Assembly: GCF_040938485.1 (NCBI RefSeq)
Contig: NW_027271282.1
Coordinates: 310,001-374,000, forward strand
Direction of reading: 5' to 3'
Source: Diadema antillarum
Taxonomy: Eukaryota
DNA length: 64,000 bases
In this document: one piece after another, positions 1 to 12,500 of the stretch
Layout: every line of letters starts with the position of its first letter
How positions within the stretch are numbered: position 1 is the stretch's first letter
Made by a program: the position numbers and the translations under genes
The notes under the pieces: model-generated
The model's input: only the letters and a program-made list of their open reading frames with translations
Told to the model about the DNA's origin: nothing
Database searches by the model: none

Positions 1-424
1 CCATTCATTTAGTGTGTGAAGAACCATGTTTATGGGTATTTTGCATAATCATTGAAGTAAAATCAGTTGGAACTACACAAATACTGATCCAGATTGTCAA
101 GGAAATAGTATTCCTCAAATATTCACCATCATAGTCATATTCAATCATATTTTTATATTTTTATGACCAACCTGAGTATGCATGCCCTTTGTCCCCCATT
201 CGTTTAGTGTGTGAAGAACTATGTTTATGGGTATTTTGCAATTTAATAATTTTGCAAAATACCCATAAACAAATTTTTGCATAATCATTGAGGTGGAATC
301 AGTTGAAATTATTAAAATACTGATCCAGATTGTCAAGGGAGCAATATCCCCCAAATATTTACCATCATAATCATATTCAATCATATTCTATATTTTTTAT
401 GACCAACCTGAGTATGTATGCCCT
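1..424. repeat. Two tandem diverged copies of a ~195-230 bp unit; the second copy carries an internal inverted duplication
   Basis: ccattcatttagtgtgtgaagaac...gaccaacctgagtatg occurs at 1-180 and again at 196-420. Confidence 0.8.
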
Positions 425-749
425 ATTTTTATCAGGATAGTTACTACTAAAAAATTGAATAGTTTAAAGTGTTTACTTCCATTGATGAAGGGCAGTTTGC
501 CATTTAGTTCCAATAAAAAACAACTTGACACAAGAAATATTAATTTTAATAAATAAGCAATACCTGCTGCATGGAATTCCAGTAATCAAGCTGATGTATG
601 ATGTCTGTCTAGCAGTCAGGTCATTGATTTGAGTCACACCCTCAGTATGTATACCCATGAATTTTGTTATGGCTACTATTGAAAACTGAATAAGGACAAT
701 TTGTGTATCACTTGCAATTAAAAAAAAAATAATTCTACTTTATATATAT

Positions 750-901
750 ATTTTTTTTGATATCACAACCATTTCAAATTGGATCTCCATCAAATTAACT
801 TTGAATTCCTCTAGTCTAGTTCATATTATTGGTTTCCAGTCATCTCATAAAATGTTGAAAACTGAATCCCCATTTCCACAAAAACTATACCATCCCTTTA
901 A
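750..901 (+). mobile_element. Degenerate right end of the TTAA-flanked MITE family seen complete at 15795-16184
   Basis: gatatcacaaccatttcaaa...caaattaactttgaattcct...aaaactataccatccctttaa resembles the 3' half of the 15.8 kb element. Confidence 0.5.
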
Positions 902-1649
902 TGCTGATTTTCATTGTGTATTTTGCCATCTTCCCCTCCCCCTTTCTGAAAATTGTTCAGTCAAGTACATGTATTGTTTCAAGTGTCTTTAACTCAAAAA
1001 GTAGCTACAAAGTTGGGATGCTTTCTTCAGGATGATTGACCATTTGTGTACTGAGAGACCTTCCCAGCTAGCTACATGTATTCACATGTAATATATATGA
1101 GGATGTCCCATACGTAACGCATTTGTCCCATACGTAACATTATTTCAATGCCTAATAAAAGATATTTCTTTCACTTTTTTTTTCTTTTTCCTATGGTATT
1201 TAATTTCTCTAAACAATAAATTAGAACTTTCCAAAAGGGCATTTAAATGACCTTAGCAATTTCAGAAAAAACCTAAAAAAATGACCTCAATTTGTTACGT
1301 ATGGGACATCTCATGATAGGACACGAGCTAATTTGCATAATCATTTGCATAATCCCTAAATTTTCATACCAAGCTAAACTATTTGATGAACTTCTTATGT
1401 CCACATATTAATCAAATATAATTTGCTTTCCTTTGAATAAATATGAATTTTTATAAATGTCCCATACGTAACGCTGTGTTTTACATTTATGCAAATGAAG
1501 CCCTTGAAATTTGCATAAATTTACGTAATATCATTTTTTCCTCCATGGATATCAAAACTTCAACTCATAAGCTTCAAAATGATACCAAATATGTCAATAT
1601 TGAGCAAAGATGAAATTTTGCCTTCTGAGGGGACCTTATCTTGGACTTG

Positions 1650-1923
1650 CCCATTAATATACATCAGTGATAATTTGAAGAAGCGTGCACTTTATTCAAA
1701 AAGTGAAGTTTTGTGAAATTCCTTATTTTCCTTATCGCTGTACGCATGAGACATTATAATCTTCTCATCCAACAGTGACTGCGCAGATACATTGTACACT
1801 ACTTTAAAAATTCATAACTTTTGAACAAATTGTCTGATTTTCCCCAAATTTTCATTGATGTGTTCTACTAATATCGTTGCATTCACTCAATTCACATATT
1901 ATGAAGGTGAACTTGTCCTTTAA
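1650..1923 (-). mobile_element. Partial TTAA-flanked non-autonomous DNA transposon (Kolobok/piggyBac-like end)
   Basis: Ends in ggtgaacttgtcctttaa (TTAA|AGGACAAGTTCACC on -). The other end was not found. Confidence 0.5.
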
Positions 1924-2469
1924 AGGTCAAGGTTACCAACCTCTTGAATCAAAAGAATAACTACAACAAAGTAAAATGTCATTAAGCCCAATATGAAAAA
2001 ATACATTGTAGTTTGCAGGCAAAAAAAAAAAAGGTTTGAAAATGGACCACCCATCCATAATGAACTTGCTATAAAATACATCATTAAAAAGCATTCCCGA
2101 CTTTAATACCATGTAGAGTAAATTATATGATGTGGAACAAACATAAAATACAACTGTAGCATAAAAACATAGAAGTCAGCAGGTTTGTGAGCAGGTTACA
2201 TAGCTGTATGTATTTGTATACAACCAACTAAATCAAATGGTCTTACTTTTTTTTTTGTAAAATGGTTAATTTAAATACAAAATGTAAGATGTGGTAGCAA
2301 AATAACAATCAATTTATTGTAAACTCAGGTTTGTATCAAGTGTGTGTGGGTTTTTTTTTTTAATTGCTCTGAAACATGGATGTGGTCAAGCATAAAAACA
2401 AAGGGAAACATAAACCTGACAAACAGACACAATATTTGTGTATGCTTCATGAAAACATTAAAGGTTTTA

Positions 2470-2780
2470 CAGAGACTCCAACCCCAAGCACCATCTGATC
2501 TGGAGATTCTCCCGCCTGAAACCCTTAGCAAACGGGAGACTCCAACTTGATGTGTGCGAAGCGCTAAATTCCCAGGGTTCTAGATGCTCTCTGGTGCTAT
2601 CTAAGGCTTATTTTTTCAACATACCAAGGTACGATAGAAATAAGTAAGAAATTCTTTCCAACGGGAGACAAAGAGCCAGGGCGGGAGAAATTAAATCTCA
2701 AGCGGGAGAACGGGAGATTTTGCAAAAATGGGTTTTCGGCGGGAGATCTCCCGTCGAAAACGGGAGAGTTGGAGTCTCTG
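2470..2780. mobile_element. hAT-like MITE with 13-bp TIRs and repeated CGGGAGA subterminal motifs
   Basis: cagagactccaac (2470) and gttggagtctctg (ends 2780); flanked by direct repeat gtttta (2464-2469, 2781-2786). Confidence 0.8.
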
Positions 2781-2917
2781 GTTTTAACTTTTTTTTTTTT
2801 TGAAACAGTCTTACAACTGTACCTACTTAGACCAGGGAGGTGTCCCAATCCCTACTTGAGACTTTGGGCTAGACTTTACAGAAGGACCTACAGGCTACAC
2901 ACTGCACTCTACATTGA

Positions 2918-3181
2918 CATATCGTTGGTACCAGGGTGACAAAACCTCGTATCTCAATATTTGGTGAAAATGAGTTTTCTTCACAAATATTGAAGCTAGG
3001 AACCATTACTATGTAACTCCCAATCCTTATATGCCCATCTGCAAAAATAAGGTCACAAATGATAAATAAAAGTTGGCTGTTTCCATTGACTTACATGTTA
3101 TGGCAGCCATGTTTTTTAGCTCTCCTGAACATAAATTGACATTTTTGAGATACGAGGTTTTGTCACCCCACCAACGATATG
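2918..3181. mobile_element. MITE with ~35-bp imperfect TIRs
   Basis: catatcgttgg...gggtgacaaaacctcgtatctcaa versus ttgagatacgaggttttgtcacccc-accaacgatatg. Confidence 0.8.
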
Positions 3182-3749
3182 TATAATTGTACATATGTAC
3201 AAACTGGAGCACGCGTAGGATGATTGCCACATATAATACAATCTTACAGGCTCTTAGTAATACATGAAGTATCATTTCAATTGCATAATACAGGTACTGT
3301 TACGATGTACTCAGTGTTAGTGTCATGTTAGGGTTTTGTAAAACTAAAGTTCTGATCTCTCAATTCATATCCATCATCTTGCACTATTTTGCAGTTTTCT
3401 CAACTGCTAATGCTATAAACTCATTTAGTGCTGTGCACTGACAGTGACTTTGTAGTATAAATGCGGTGACGACCAAAATTTGTTGATCATTTTCACTTTA
3501 AGTGTCAAAGCTTTACATACTTAACAGAATCATCAGGGATCAAGGTGAATTGATAACACCAGAATAGTAGAATATAGCACGTTTTGTCAACTTACATGTC
3601 ATTTAATAATAAACGTTAATATTGGTGCCAAATTACCGTAAATATAAGTTACAATTGAGTAAGGTCATTGAGGATTAAATACATACGTACACATTGCATT
3701 TCTCTTTTTCTTACTTGACAGGAATTTTTACACAGTGTGGTAAACTTAC

Positions 3750-4208
3750 ATTTAATCCTGCACTGCAGTTTTCTGAGATCATTTCGACAGTAGCCGCGTG
3801 AAAATGTCGAGGGGACGGGGCCCATGATGACTTCCATATGAACGTCGTGTAGCGGTATGCTGCGATAGCACCAAGCAACTCGACCAGTATGGTAAGAATG
3901 CCTGCGACAGCCGTCAACTTCCCTCTCAGAATGTAATCAAGTACCGCTGCTGGATTGGCAAACCCTTCGAAAATCAGGGCATAGAGGATGGTGAGAATGA
4001 AGAGCACTGTAGCAAAAGGCAAGAGGCCAAGTCTGAGCACCATTCCATTCTCAAACAGGCAGCACACCAACTGAAACGTGTCTATCAGTTCTACAGCATA
4101 CTGGTAGGAAGGTCTCGGGAGAGTTCGGCGACAGACGGCGCGGAGTACGTGGCACAGTCCGAAGGTGGCCGCGTACCAACAGAGAGAAGTCCCTATTTCG
4201 GCATACAT
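3750..4208 (-). CDS. Unorthodox aquaporin (AQP11/AQP12-like), first coding exon; remaining exons not found in window
   Basis: MYAEIGTSLCWYAATFGLCHVLR...ELIDTFQLVCCLFE...GFANPAAVL...CSAGLN. The E-x-x-x-TFQL-x-C motif and ANP motif resemble AQP11/12. Donor AAT|GTAAGT at 3750/3749. Confidence 0.8.
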
Positions 4209-4642
4209 TGCAATGTCAGTTATCAATCAAACTGGACAGATAAACTACGGCATTCACTTCCTCGCTCAATGCTGAAACTGATGAGCTGATACAGACCACA
4301 TGACACTGAAGTAGGATGTATTTTAGTTTCCAGCAGCAGTCACTTTAAATAGCCTTGAGCGCGAGTACGGCGCGATCTACGTCTGCCTTTGGCTCAGTAA
4401 ACAATGTGCTGCGTCGACTCTGAATGCCGTACATACATGTATCCCATGCATGCAATGCACACCCACTCAGCAGCTTCGCGTACGTAAGCAAAGCTGAACA
4501 AGTGGCATGCAGTCACTGCATGCTGATAGTGATAGGCGGACCGTACCATTGCATCATCAATCGTGTGGGGTATCCCCAAACAGGGCAACCGTGATGTGTA
4601 CATTGATTTGTTGTTTCAAAAGTGTATAAAAGTACATGTAGT

Positions 4643-4855
4643 AGCAAAAGTATAGGTGGAGATGAAGATTGAGCTTTTAAACTTTTTGCGAGATACTAAG
4701 AAACCACTTATGAAATGTTACAGAGCATACCATTCTAAGAGGAATTCAAAGTTTATTGATGAAAATCGGTTTTGAAATGGCTGAGATATCCAAAATAAAG
4801 TAAAAGAAAGCCATCCTAATAAAGGGTGCATGGGTCCCACCTTTTATTATTATCT
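4643..4855 (-). mobile_element. Truncated copy of the TTAA-flanked palindromic MITE family (cf. 15795-16184)
   Basis: gatgaaaatcggttttgaaatggctgagatatccaaaa and catcctaataaagg...ccaccttttattat match the 15.8 kb element. Confidence 0.7.
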
Positions 4856-5421
4856 TTTATGGCAAATACGAAATCAAAATTGTTTATGAAAAATCATGAA
4901 ACTCTCCCTGAATTATTTTTCATTTAATCATCATGACAAAATGAAAAATATGACAAATTAAAAATTTAAAAATCAACATTGATTGGAAATCAATTTTACC
5001 ATTTAAATACTAGTCATGCTAGTAGGCCTACATCACGAATCCATCGAATAGAAAGCTATCGGATCAAGTCAAACTGTAAATCCAAAAAACAACAACTGGA
5101 CAACGGATCATGACGTAAAAAAATTATTATAATTATTCAGTAGTCTATAACAAATTGTCAAGCACAAATTCGATGCGGAAATATACAAACTCTATAGAAT
5201 TGGTAGAAATGCCTGTCGATTCATGACCCGCAATCGTTCTTAAAATTCTGCAAGATTTATTTTCTTAAATATAATCGTCTCTTTCTCTGTTTACTTCTTC
5301 ATCAGCGTTTTATTGTTATGCGTTACCATTTTAGGTCCTTAATGCTGTTGTTGATGTATTATCATTATCATTATCATAATCATTTTTTATATATACAGTA
5401 ATATACAAGTAGGAGTAGTTC

Positions 5422-5448
5422 TGTTGTTGTTGTTGTTGTTGTTGTTGT
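5422..5448. repeat. (TTG)n microsatellite
   Basis: Direct reading. Confidence 0.9.
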
Positions 5449-6893
5449 TATCATTATCATGACCAGTACCGTCATCACTATGACATCACTTAAACATCAG
5501 GTTTTGAATATGTAACTAAACTGTTTTTCATAGTAAACTATCCTCCATTAAAATACCTTTTGTAATTTCACTATACATCAGTGACCAAAGTGTTTCGATT
5601 GATTCCCAATCAAAAACATTGCTAACTGCATCATTTATTTCCAACAATACAAATATCATAGCTACATAAAATCAGCAGGCCTACAACATTGATCTAAAGC
5701 ACAGTAGGCCTAAAAATCTAAAATCTCCATCTCCATCTCCCAGTCCCTTGTATCTGTTTTCGTGCTGCCCCTCCTCCCCGCATTTTATACATCATAATAA
5801 TAGGTCTTACAAGCTAGCTTTATCTCTATACGTCTATCTTATTTTTCTCTCTTCTTCACTCTTCTTTATAAATACCCGTTTATATCTTCTGACCTATATA
5901 TAAATAAGCACCTCACCAAAACTGGACTGGGCATCCCCTTGTTACAATTCATTTCCTTCTTCATAAATTCTCGTCACGTATATACCAAGGAAATGTATAT
6001 TCCTTGTGTGGTTATTGATATTCGTTTTGTATGAATACTCTAATAGGTATTTCTGTCCCATTATTGTGCGATGTTGTCAAAGTCTGCTCATTAATGTACG
6101 AATATAATAGGCCTACTCCTCTTCGTGCCCATAGCCACTCTGCCCAATCGAGACACCAATAGCGTATAGTAATACCCGTAAAAGTTATACTTGAAAAGAA
6201 GGTTTCACAATTTTGTAATGTTTCCTTCGCCAATGAAAGAAAAATGCAATCCAAAAATGCGTTTTACATGCATGCATGACAGTTCAACACAAAAACAAGC
6301 AACCAAAGCCTGGTTGAACCATTGTCGTATTTACGTTGACTTTGATTAGATTGATGGGAAGCGTCCTGCAATCGTCAGGTTGCTAAAATCTGCCACACAA
6401 CGCATTGTCATCGATCGCTATCATTGGATTAGGCCCTAGTGTGCACCGCGACACCCGACTCTGAAATCTTAGCTTGTTTTGCAGTCTTTAAAAAAAGATC
6501 AATGACTTTGGTATGCTGATTATCTGTAATAAATTCCTCATTCGAGACTCTATGCTATTAAAGCTTCCGGGTATAGGCCTAATGTCTGAATGAGTTTATG
6601 TTAAAGAGATGATATATAATTGATTATTACAAGTCATAATGAATTATAGATCATGAGAAGAATAATCATAATACGAACCAGATAATGATGATGTTGCGGT
6701 AGACATTATGACATTTATAAAAAAAATGCATTCATGCAGCAAAAAAGTTCATCGGCTTTCTTCCACGTCGTTCAGATTTTAATTACGTCTTGCATCTATG
6801 CGACTGCTAACAAATTTAATGACATTGAAAACTGTACATGTATCAATAAGTTATTCATTTTTATCGATATTTTTATTCTTTACCATATTTTAA

Positions 6894-7150
6894 GGGGCGT
6901 TGCAAGAAAGTTGCAGTCACTTGCGAATCTCCCAAATTGATCGCATGCACTAAGTCTCAGAAATTCATTCCAAACTTAATTTGCATTCAATTGAAAGACT
7001 TGCAGTTGATTGCAAGACCTCATTGATTTCAGTTTTCTTCTTGTAACGGAAAGTTGCAATTGATTGTATTTGATCTATCAATATTGCATGGTATGCAATT
7101 GACATTTGCCATCGATTGCAACTCGACTTACATTGTACTTGCAAAGCCCC
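6894..7150. mobile_element. PIF/Harbinger-like MITE
   Basis: ggggcgttgcaag ... cttgcaaagcccc termini; internal ttgcaa/ttgcag repeats. Confidence 0.65.
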
Positions 7151-7164
7151 TATAATCTGGCTTC

Positions 7165-7410
7165 CAGGGCACCGTTGACCAGGTGGACAGGCCTGACAAG
7201 TTGTCAGTCTCTGACAATTATCACAGTAACGACCAAAGAGTATAGAAGCGCATGGCACGCCACTGCGTGCGCTTCTATACTCTTTGGTAACAACCACTGA
7301 CCAGAGCTTCACATCCATTCAAAACCAGGAATTTTACTGAACAACAATTGTCAGCGACTGACAACTTGTCAGGGTTGACATCTTTCATTGATGAAATGCT
7401 GCGGCCTTGG
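7165..7410. mobile_element. Degenerate Harbinger-like MITE related to 20103-20257, carrying a nested 53-bp palindromic element
   Basis: cctgacaagttgtcag...ctgacaatt and aattgtcag...ctgacaacttgtcagg arms; the core matches the reverse complement of 20160-20230. Confidence 0.65.
7234..7286. mobile_element. 53-bp micro-MITE, 19-bp perfect TIRs, 8-bp TSD (7/8 match)
   Basis: gtaacgac|caaagagtatagaagcgca...tgcgcttctatactctttg|gtaacaac. Confidence 0.75.
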
Positions 7411-8423
7411 CTTGTTTTTGCCTCCCAGAATATTAACGCCCTCTAACGACGAAAAAAAAGTAACAGGTTGAACTGTGTGATCATGCTTTCGGCGTCTCGA
7501 CGGCAACTTCCTTGCCGCGATGACAAGTTTTTTCGGGCATCAGGGACTACAATTGGCAAAGGGTCTGGAAAACAAAATAACATACTATTCAATCTACTTC
7601 ATACAATGTACTATGCGTGTAGATCAATGAGACACGCTAACACTGCAGACTAAGGACACTTTGGAATCTATATAATCATCCATTACTATACTATAAACAA
7701 ACTTTGCCAAAACGACAGACAAGTAAAACCAGACATCGGGATACGAAATTACAGATTACAGTACACCCTTGTCCTCTAAACATACCATACAGTTCCAATG
7801 CTTACTTTTGTAACGAAATGTAAATCATTACCACAGAACTGGGCTGACTGATTATAGTAGATTCGCAATTGCACAAGTCATGATTAAAAAAAAAAGTTGA
7901 TTGAATAGTCATGTAATCATAACGCAATATGTTATGCCCATTATCACCATCATCACAGACATTTCAAAGACAGACTGTCATGCATCATCAAGGTCCTTAA
8001 ACTCACTTTGATTAACAATCAAAATTAATATTCGTACAAAATGTAGGCCTGTAAGTGTTATGTGGTTACTAAAATTAGCACAAAGTGCGTGTGCAATAGT
8101 CAACCTCCCATAAAGACACGATTGGTTTTCATAGTAAACACCGGCGTTTCTACCAATAACATGACCATGCACCGAGGCCATTAATAGAAACTGAAAATTA
8201 CCATGCAGAATGTAAACAGCTTGTATCCGGGTTTTCAATATTTGTATAATTTATAATGATTATTTTGTTTCCTGAAACCGACTACATAATTATGTATTAC
8301 TAATGCTTATAGTGTACAATACTCCGAAAGAAGAGGAATACAGTATGTCCAAAAAATTACAATCGGACTTTCGCACTGATAACACCAAATATGATTAAAC
8401 TGTCCAAATGCTACTTCAGGGTC

Positions 8424-8703
8424 TTAAATAAAACATCTTAGCTCTATTTTGCAGAAAACCCCATTCAATTTGGTCAAGCGGTTACAGAGAAATGTGGATA
8501 GTTGTATAGAGCATGTCATGAGTCTGATTCTTCCAATTTCAGCACTTGGATGCTCTTGGAACTGCATATCAGTGTGTAAACACAATAGACAGAACTTGGA
8601 GGGAAGAGATTCCTGACATGTTCTACAAAATTCCTCATTCTCTTTGACCACTGAAGTAAATCGAATGGGGTTTTCTGTAAGATGTGGGCAATGAGTTATA
8701 GTT
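8424..8703. repeat. Dispersed repeat, related to 45965-46700
   Basis: The reverse complement of 8590-8700 aligns with 45968-46085 (cacatctt(a/g)cagaaaacc...acatgtcag(g/a)aatc(t/c)cttccctcca). Confidence 0.6.
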
Positions 8704-9531
8704 TAAAACCCTGAAATTGTATTTGGATTGATTCACTATTTTAAAAGTTATCATTGCGGAGGGTCCCGTTGTATTATTATTATTTTTTTTTTTGGGGGGG
8801 GGGGGGGGGCAAAAAATACGGTATAGCAGGGACCGCGTCTTTGCCCAACTAAAGCTGTGTTATCACAGCGTTATTTTTCACATTCCTTTTGCATAATTAT
8901 AATTATGTCTCCATTTTAGAGTATGGTAAGGTACCTTAACATCGGCACCCGGCGTGACATACATGTCATAGCTGTTAGCGTATAGAACGATAACGCAAGC
9001 GTAGGATTGAGTGTCACATATACTATTCTATAAGCTATGAAAATAACGAAGACACGAACAACAAACTCATAACAAAACTAACAAACTAAACTAAACTTGG
9101 TTCAGTTACACATACGCGCTTAGTAAGCTGCGAACACGACGCATGACTGATGTGAAATTCACGTTTATTATAATTATAATACCTATTGAGGGAGCCGGGA
9201 GTGTCGATGTGGAGGCACCCTTTTAAGCCGCGCAAAGAAAATGCACCGCACGCACTAAAATTTCACTACAGAGATTCAGAATCAAGAGGACGGTCACGAT
9301 ATTCGAAACTGCAGTATCTATGGCATATTTGAGGCAAAACTTAGGCGAATTTGTTCTATACTTTTGGAATAAAGCTGCAGATCCGCAGGGTGACGGTAGG
9401 TGGTACCCTCAATCATACAATTAAGTTTCTGCAGCAGGCGTATGAGAACAATGTTTTGCCTGTAGGCCTTTAAAATGTTGTGCGAGGAGCAAGTGTTACC
9501 ATGGTAACATGTCACTTAGTTCATGATTGCC

Positions 9532-12500
9532 TTACAACACGCGTGAGTCCAGCATTAACTTTAGGGTATTCAACGTCACAAGTTTCCGTGGTACTTTGTA
9601 CTGGTTAGCTGTAGCCGTGCTATTAGCTAGAATGTAGTCTTGCAAGCGACCGAATGTCCCGGGTTTGACGACATGAACGCGGGGTGGCGCTATGACATCT
9701 CTGTCGCGAAACGTGTGGTAGGGGAAAGAGAGGGCTCGAAGCTGTTCGTCAATCTGGAAAATAATCATAAATGATACGAAAACAACAACAACAGTTTAAA
9801 CATACAGCTTTACGAGATATTGATTAGGTCATGCCTTTAACCATTCCACAGTTAAGTTTGTTATACATGTACTGGCACACATTGACTGGAGTAGGCATCC
9901 GTTGTATGACGGAGAAGACAACACGAGTATAATTATAATTATGAACAGCGACACAGACACCAAGAATCACACAACGATGGCAAAATCAAAGGCGTTGACA
10001 CATACGCTGTATCCGAGCATGCTAAACATCCCATAAATATAGAAATCAACGGGGCATGATTATAATACGGGAGCGTCAAACGTGACATATAAATATTAAG
10101 AGGGAGTTTTACTTCTTTCTATTGTTAAAAAAAAAATGGTGGTAGATGTCGTTTCACTCTGACACACACCCAAAACATACACAAAGAACAAAATCTCTGC
10201 ATTGAATTTCAGTCTAACAGGTAATTTAGAAAGTGAATAATTACAACTATCCTTGAAAAAAAAATATGGAAATGTGCTGGTTGGCAACATAGCTCGGAGG
10301 TACATTTTAGAGTATGCGGCTCTTTATAGGACAAGAAGAAGAAAGTACACACCTTCATGAAATCCTCCTCGGCCAGGCAGCCGGGTTCGGGAAGTTGGTC
10401 TAGCTCCAGGAAGATCACGTAGAATGGACGATGCTCAACATGGATTGATTGGTCTTCTGGCTCATCTAACGGAGAACGAGATAATGACGAACGATTTTAG
10501 GTCTTCTGCTTGTTGCAAAACTTTTTGTGCATAGATTATCCTCAAAAGACCTCATGGCACTGTTTTATATTTCACATTCTACACAAAAGGATTTTTATTT
10601 CAGGTGTTTTATCTGGACAGTTTTGTCTCGAGTGTTTTGTCCCATCGAGCTTAAAGTGTATTTGACTCGTTGTCTTGGTAACGATTGTGACTGGGAACAT
10701 GACTTGTCTGAAAGGACACAATAAAACCAAAAAGGAAAAAAAATCCTCTGTAATTTTGCAACCACTAAAAGTGACATTACCATATATCATGACAACAAGT
10801 AGACAGGGAAGTAATAGGAGAGAGAGAGACAGCCCTCAGACAGGCAAACAGATTAACACAGTATAAACCAATATTCTTATAATCCGACGTTATGTTTAGG
10901 CCTACTATCTGAACATTCTACACTTTTTTCTGTGACGAGACAGCAACTGCCTATTCTGTCAAAAATGTACAATCCTTTCATTGAGAACCCGAGGCAATTT
11001 ACCAGCATCTGTTGTCATGGAGGAATACGCTTTAATTAAAGGGATATAATCTGTATGTATAAGTGAACCAGACTATTCGAAGTCCTACCTAACTGCTGCA
11101 GCAGTGAGCTCTCCGCGACGGCGTACTCCACGAGCTGGAACCCCGACCAAGATTTCAGTGCGCCCTCTATTGACTGTTGTACCGTAGCTTGGTCCAACTT
11201 TTCACTACTAACGTTTAGCATCTGTCCAGACCTGTTTCCATGGTAACGATCACAGATAAAATCATATTCTTCAAAAGAATTTACAAATATTGAAATGTTG
11301 AGTTTTTTTGGTACACTCCGACACAAATCATACTTTATCTTGCGCTAATTTAATGCATAATGAAAATGACAATGGAAATTTTTAACACAGTTTTAGAGCA
11401 AATTTCTTTATGCTTTGCAATATTACACTAGTGTAAGATTATGACGATTGAAATTAAAGTATTTTGCTTGTGTTTGATGATTATGAAAAACATCGACATG
11501 TTGTATTTTGTAACAATTAAGACAATTTCTTTGGGGTTACAGTAGGGCGCTTTAGATTTTCGTGACGCGGACGTTCAGAGGGAGAAAAACTTTTCTGAGC
11601 ATGAGCAAAATTGCTTATCAAAATCGATCTCGAGTAGTCTGAATTTTCACTACGCGTTTTGAGCCATTTTGGGGTCCGCTCAATTCAGAGAGCTACTTGA
11701 TGCACCGATCATAACGGGGACTCCATTATTATTTTTACTTTAAACAGGTTGCGTCTCTGCTAATTCTGTACGGTTACTTTGCAACATGACGCAGGGAGAG
11801 AGGAGAATGACCAACGCAATGAGAGTTTACTAAAAATTATAAGCTCTGCTTTTTAGCAGTTCCCTCCATTTTCAGCCATTTTTTTCTGTACTTGTCTTAA
11901 GATCACAAAATTGTATTATTGTTCATAGTTTTTTTTTCATTGCTTTGTCGTATCATTAGTATATGTGTCTTTATTAAAATGTTGTAATCATGATGTGTTG
12001 GAAATGAAATATAACGAAACGAAACAATCACGTCCGCGTCGCAAATCTGAAGCTCCATAATAACACATTTGGGGAGAGTGGTGACTTAGCAAATGTAGAG
12101 GCAATGAACATTTTAGAGAAGGATTTCTCTGTCATGACGTTCAATTCACATCTCTTTAATCATTGTCGTACCTGTACATAAACTCGACCACAGGAGTGTT
12201 ATGATGAAATCGAGTCACACGCACGACGTCCCCGTATCTGAAGCGATAGATGCCAAAGATCTGAGTGACCACTACTTCGTAGGTGCCTCCTACTCGCAAT
12301 TCGTCGATAAAGTACGTTTCTGGTTCATCCTCATGCCTAATGAAATGATGTCATATCCGAAATGGGTTTGTTAACGATCACATATCCTTAGATAATGAAA
12401 ATGACCTTTAAAATGAAATCTGACATTCCAGTCGTTAAAAAAAGAAGAAAACAAAATGAAAAACAAACAAACGTGCACTTTTCTATATAGACTTCAAAGA

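Noticed and set aside
145-384. 79-aa ORF in the tandem repeat
   Set aside because: It lies wholly in repeat DNA and crosses the inverted duplication; no protein similarity recognised.
562-686. Possible minus-strand exon (ttcag|FSIVAITKFMGIHTEG...GIPCS|gtattg) as aquaporin exon 2
   Set aside because: The phase fits, but the peptide has no aquaporin features (no TM4 E-x-x-x-T, no second NPA).
1090-1640. Repeated gtcccatacgtaac motifs in both orientations
   Set aside because: Probably a transposon remnant, but paired termini and a TSD could not be defined.
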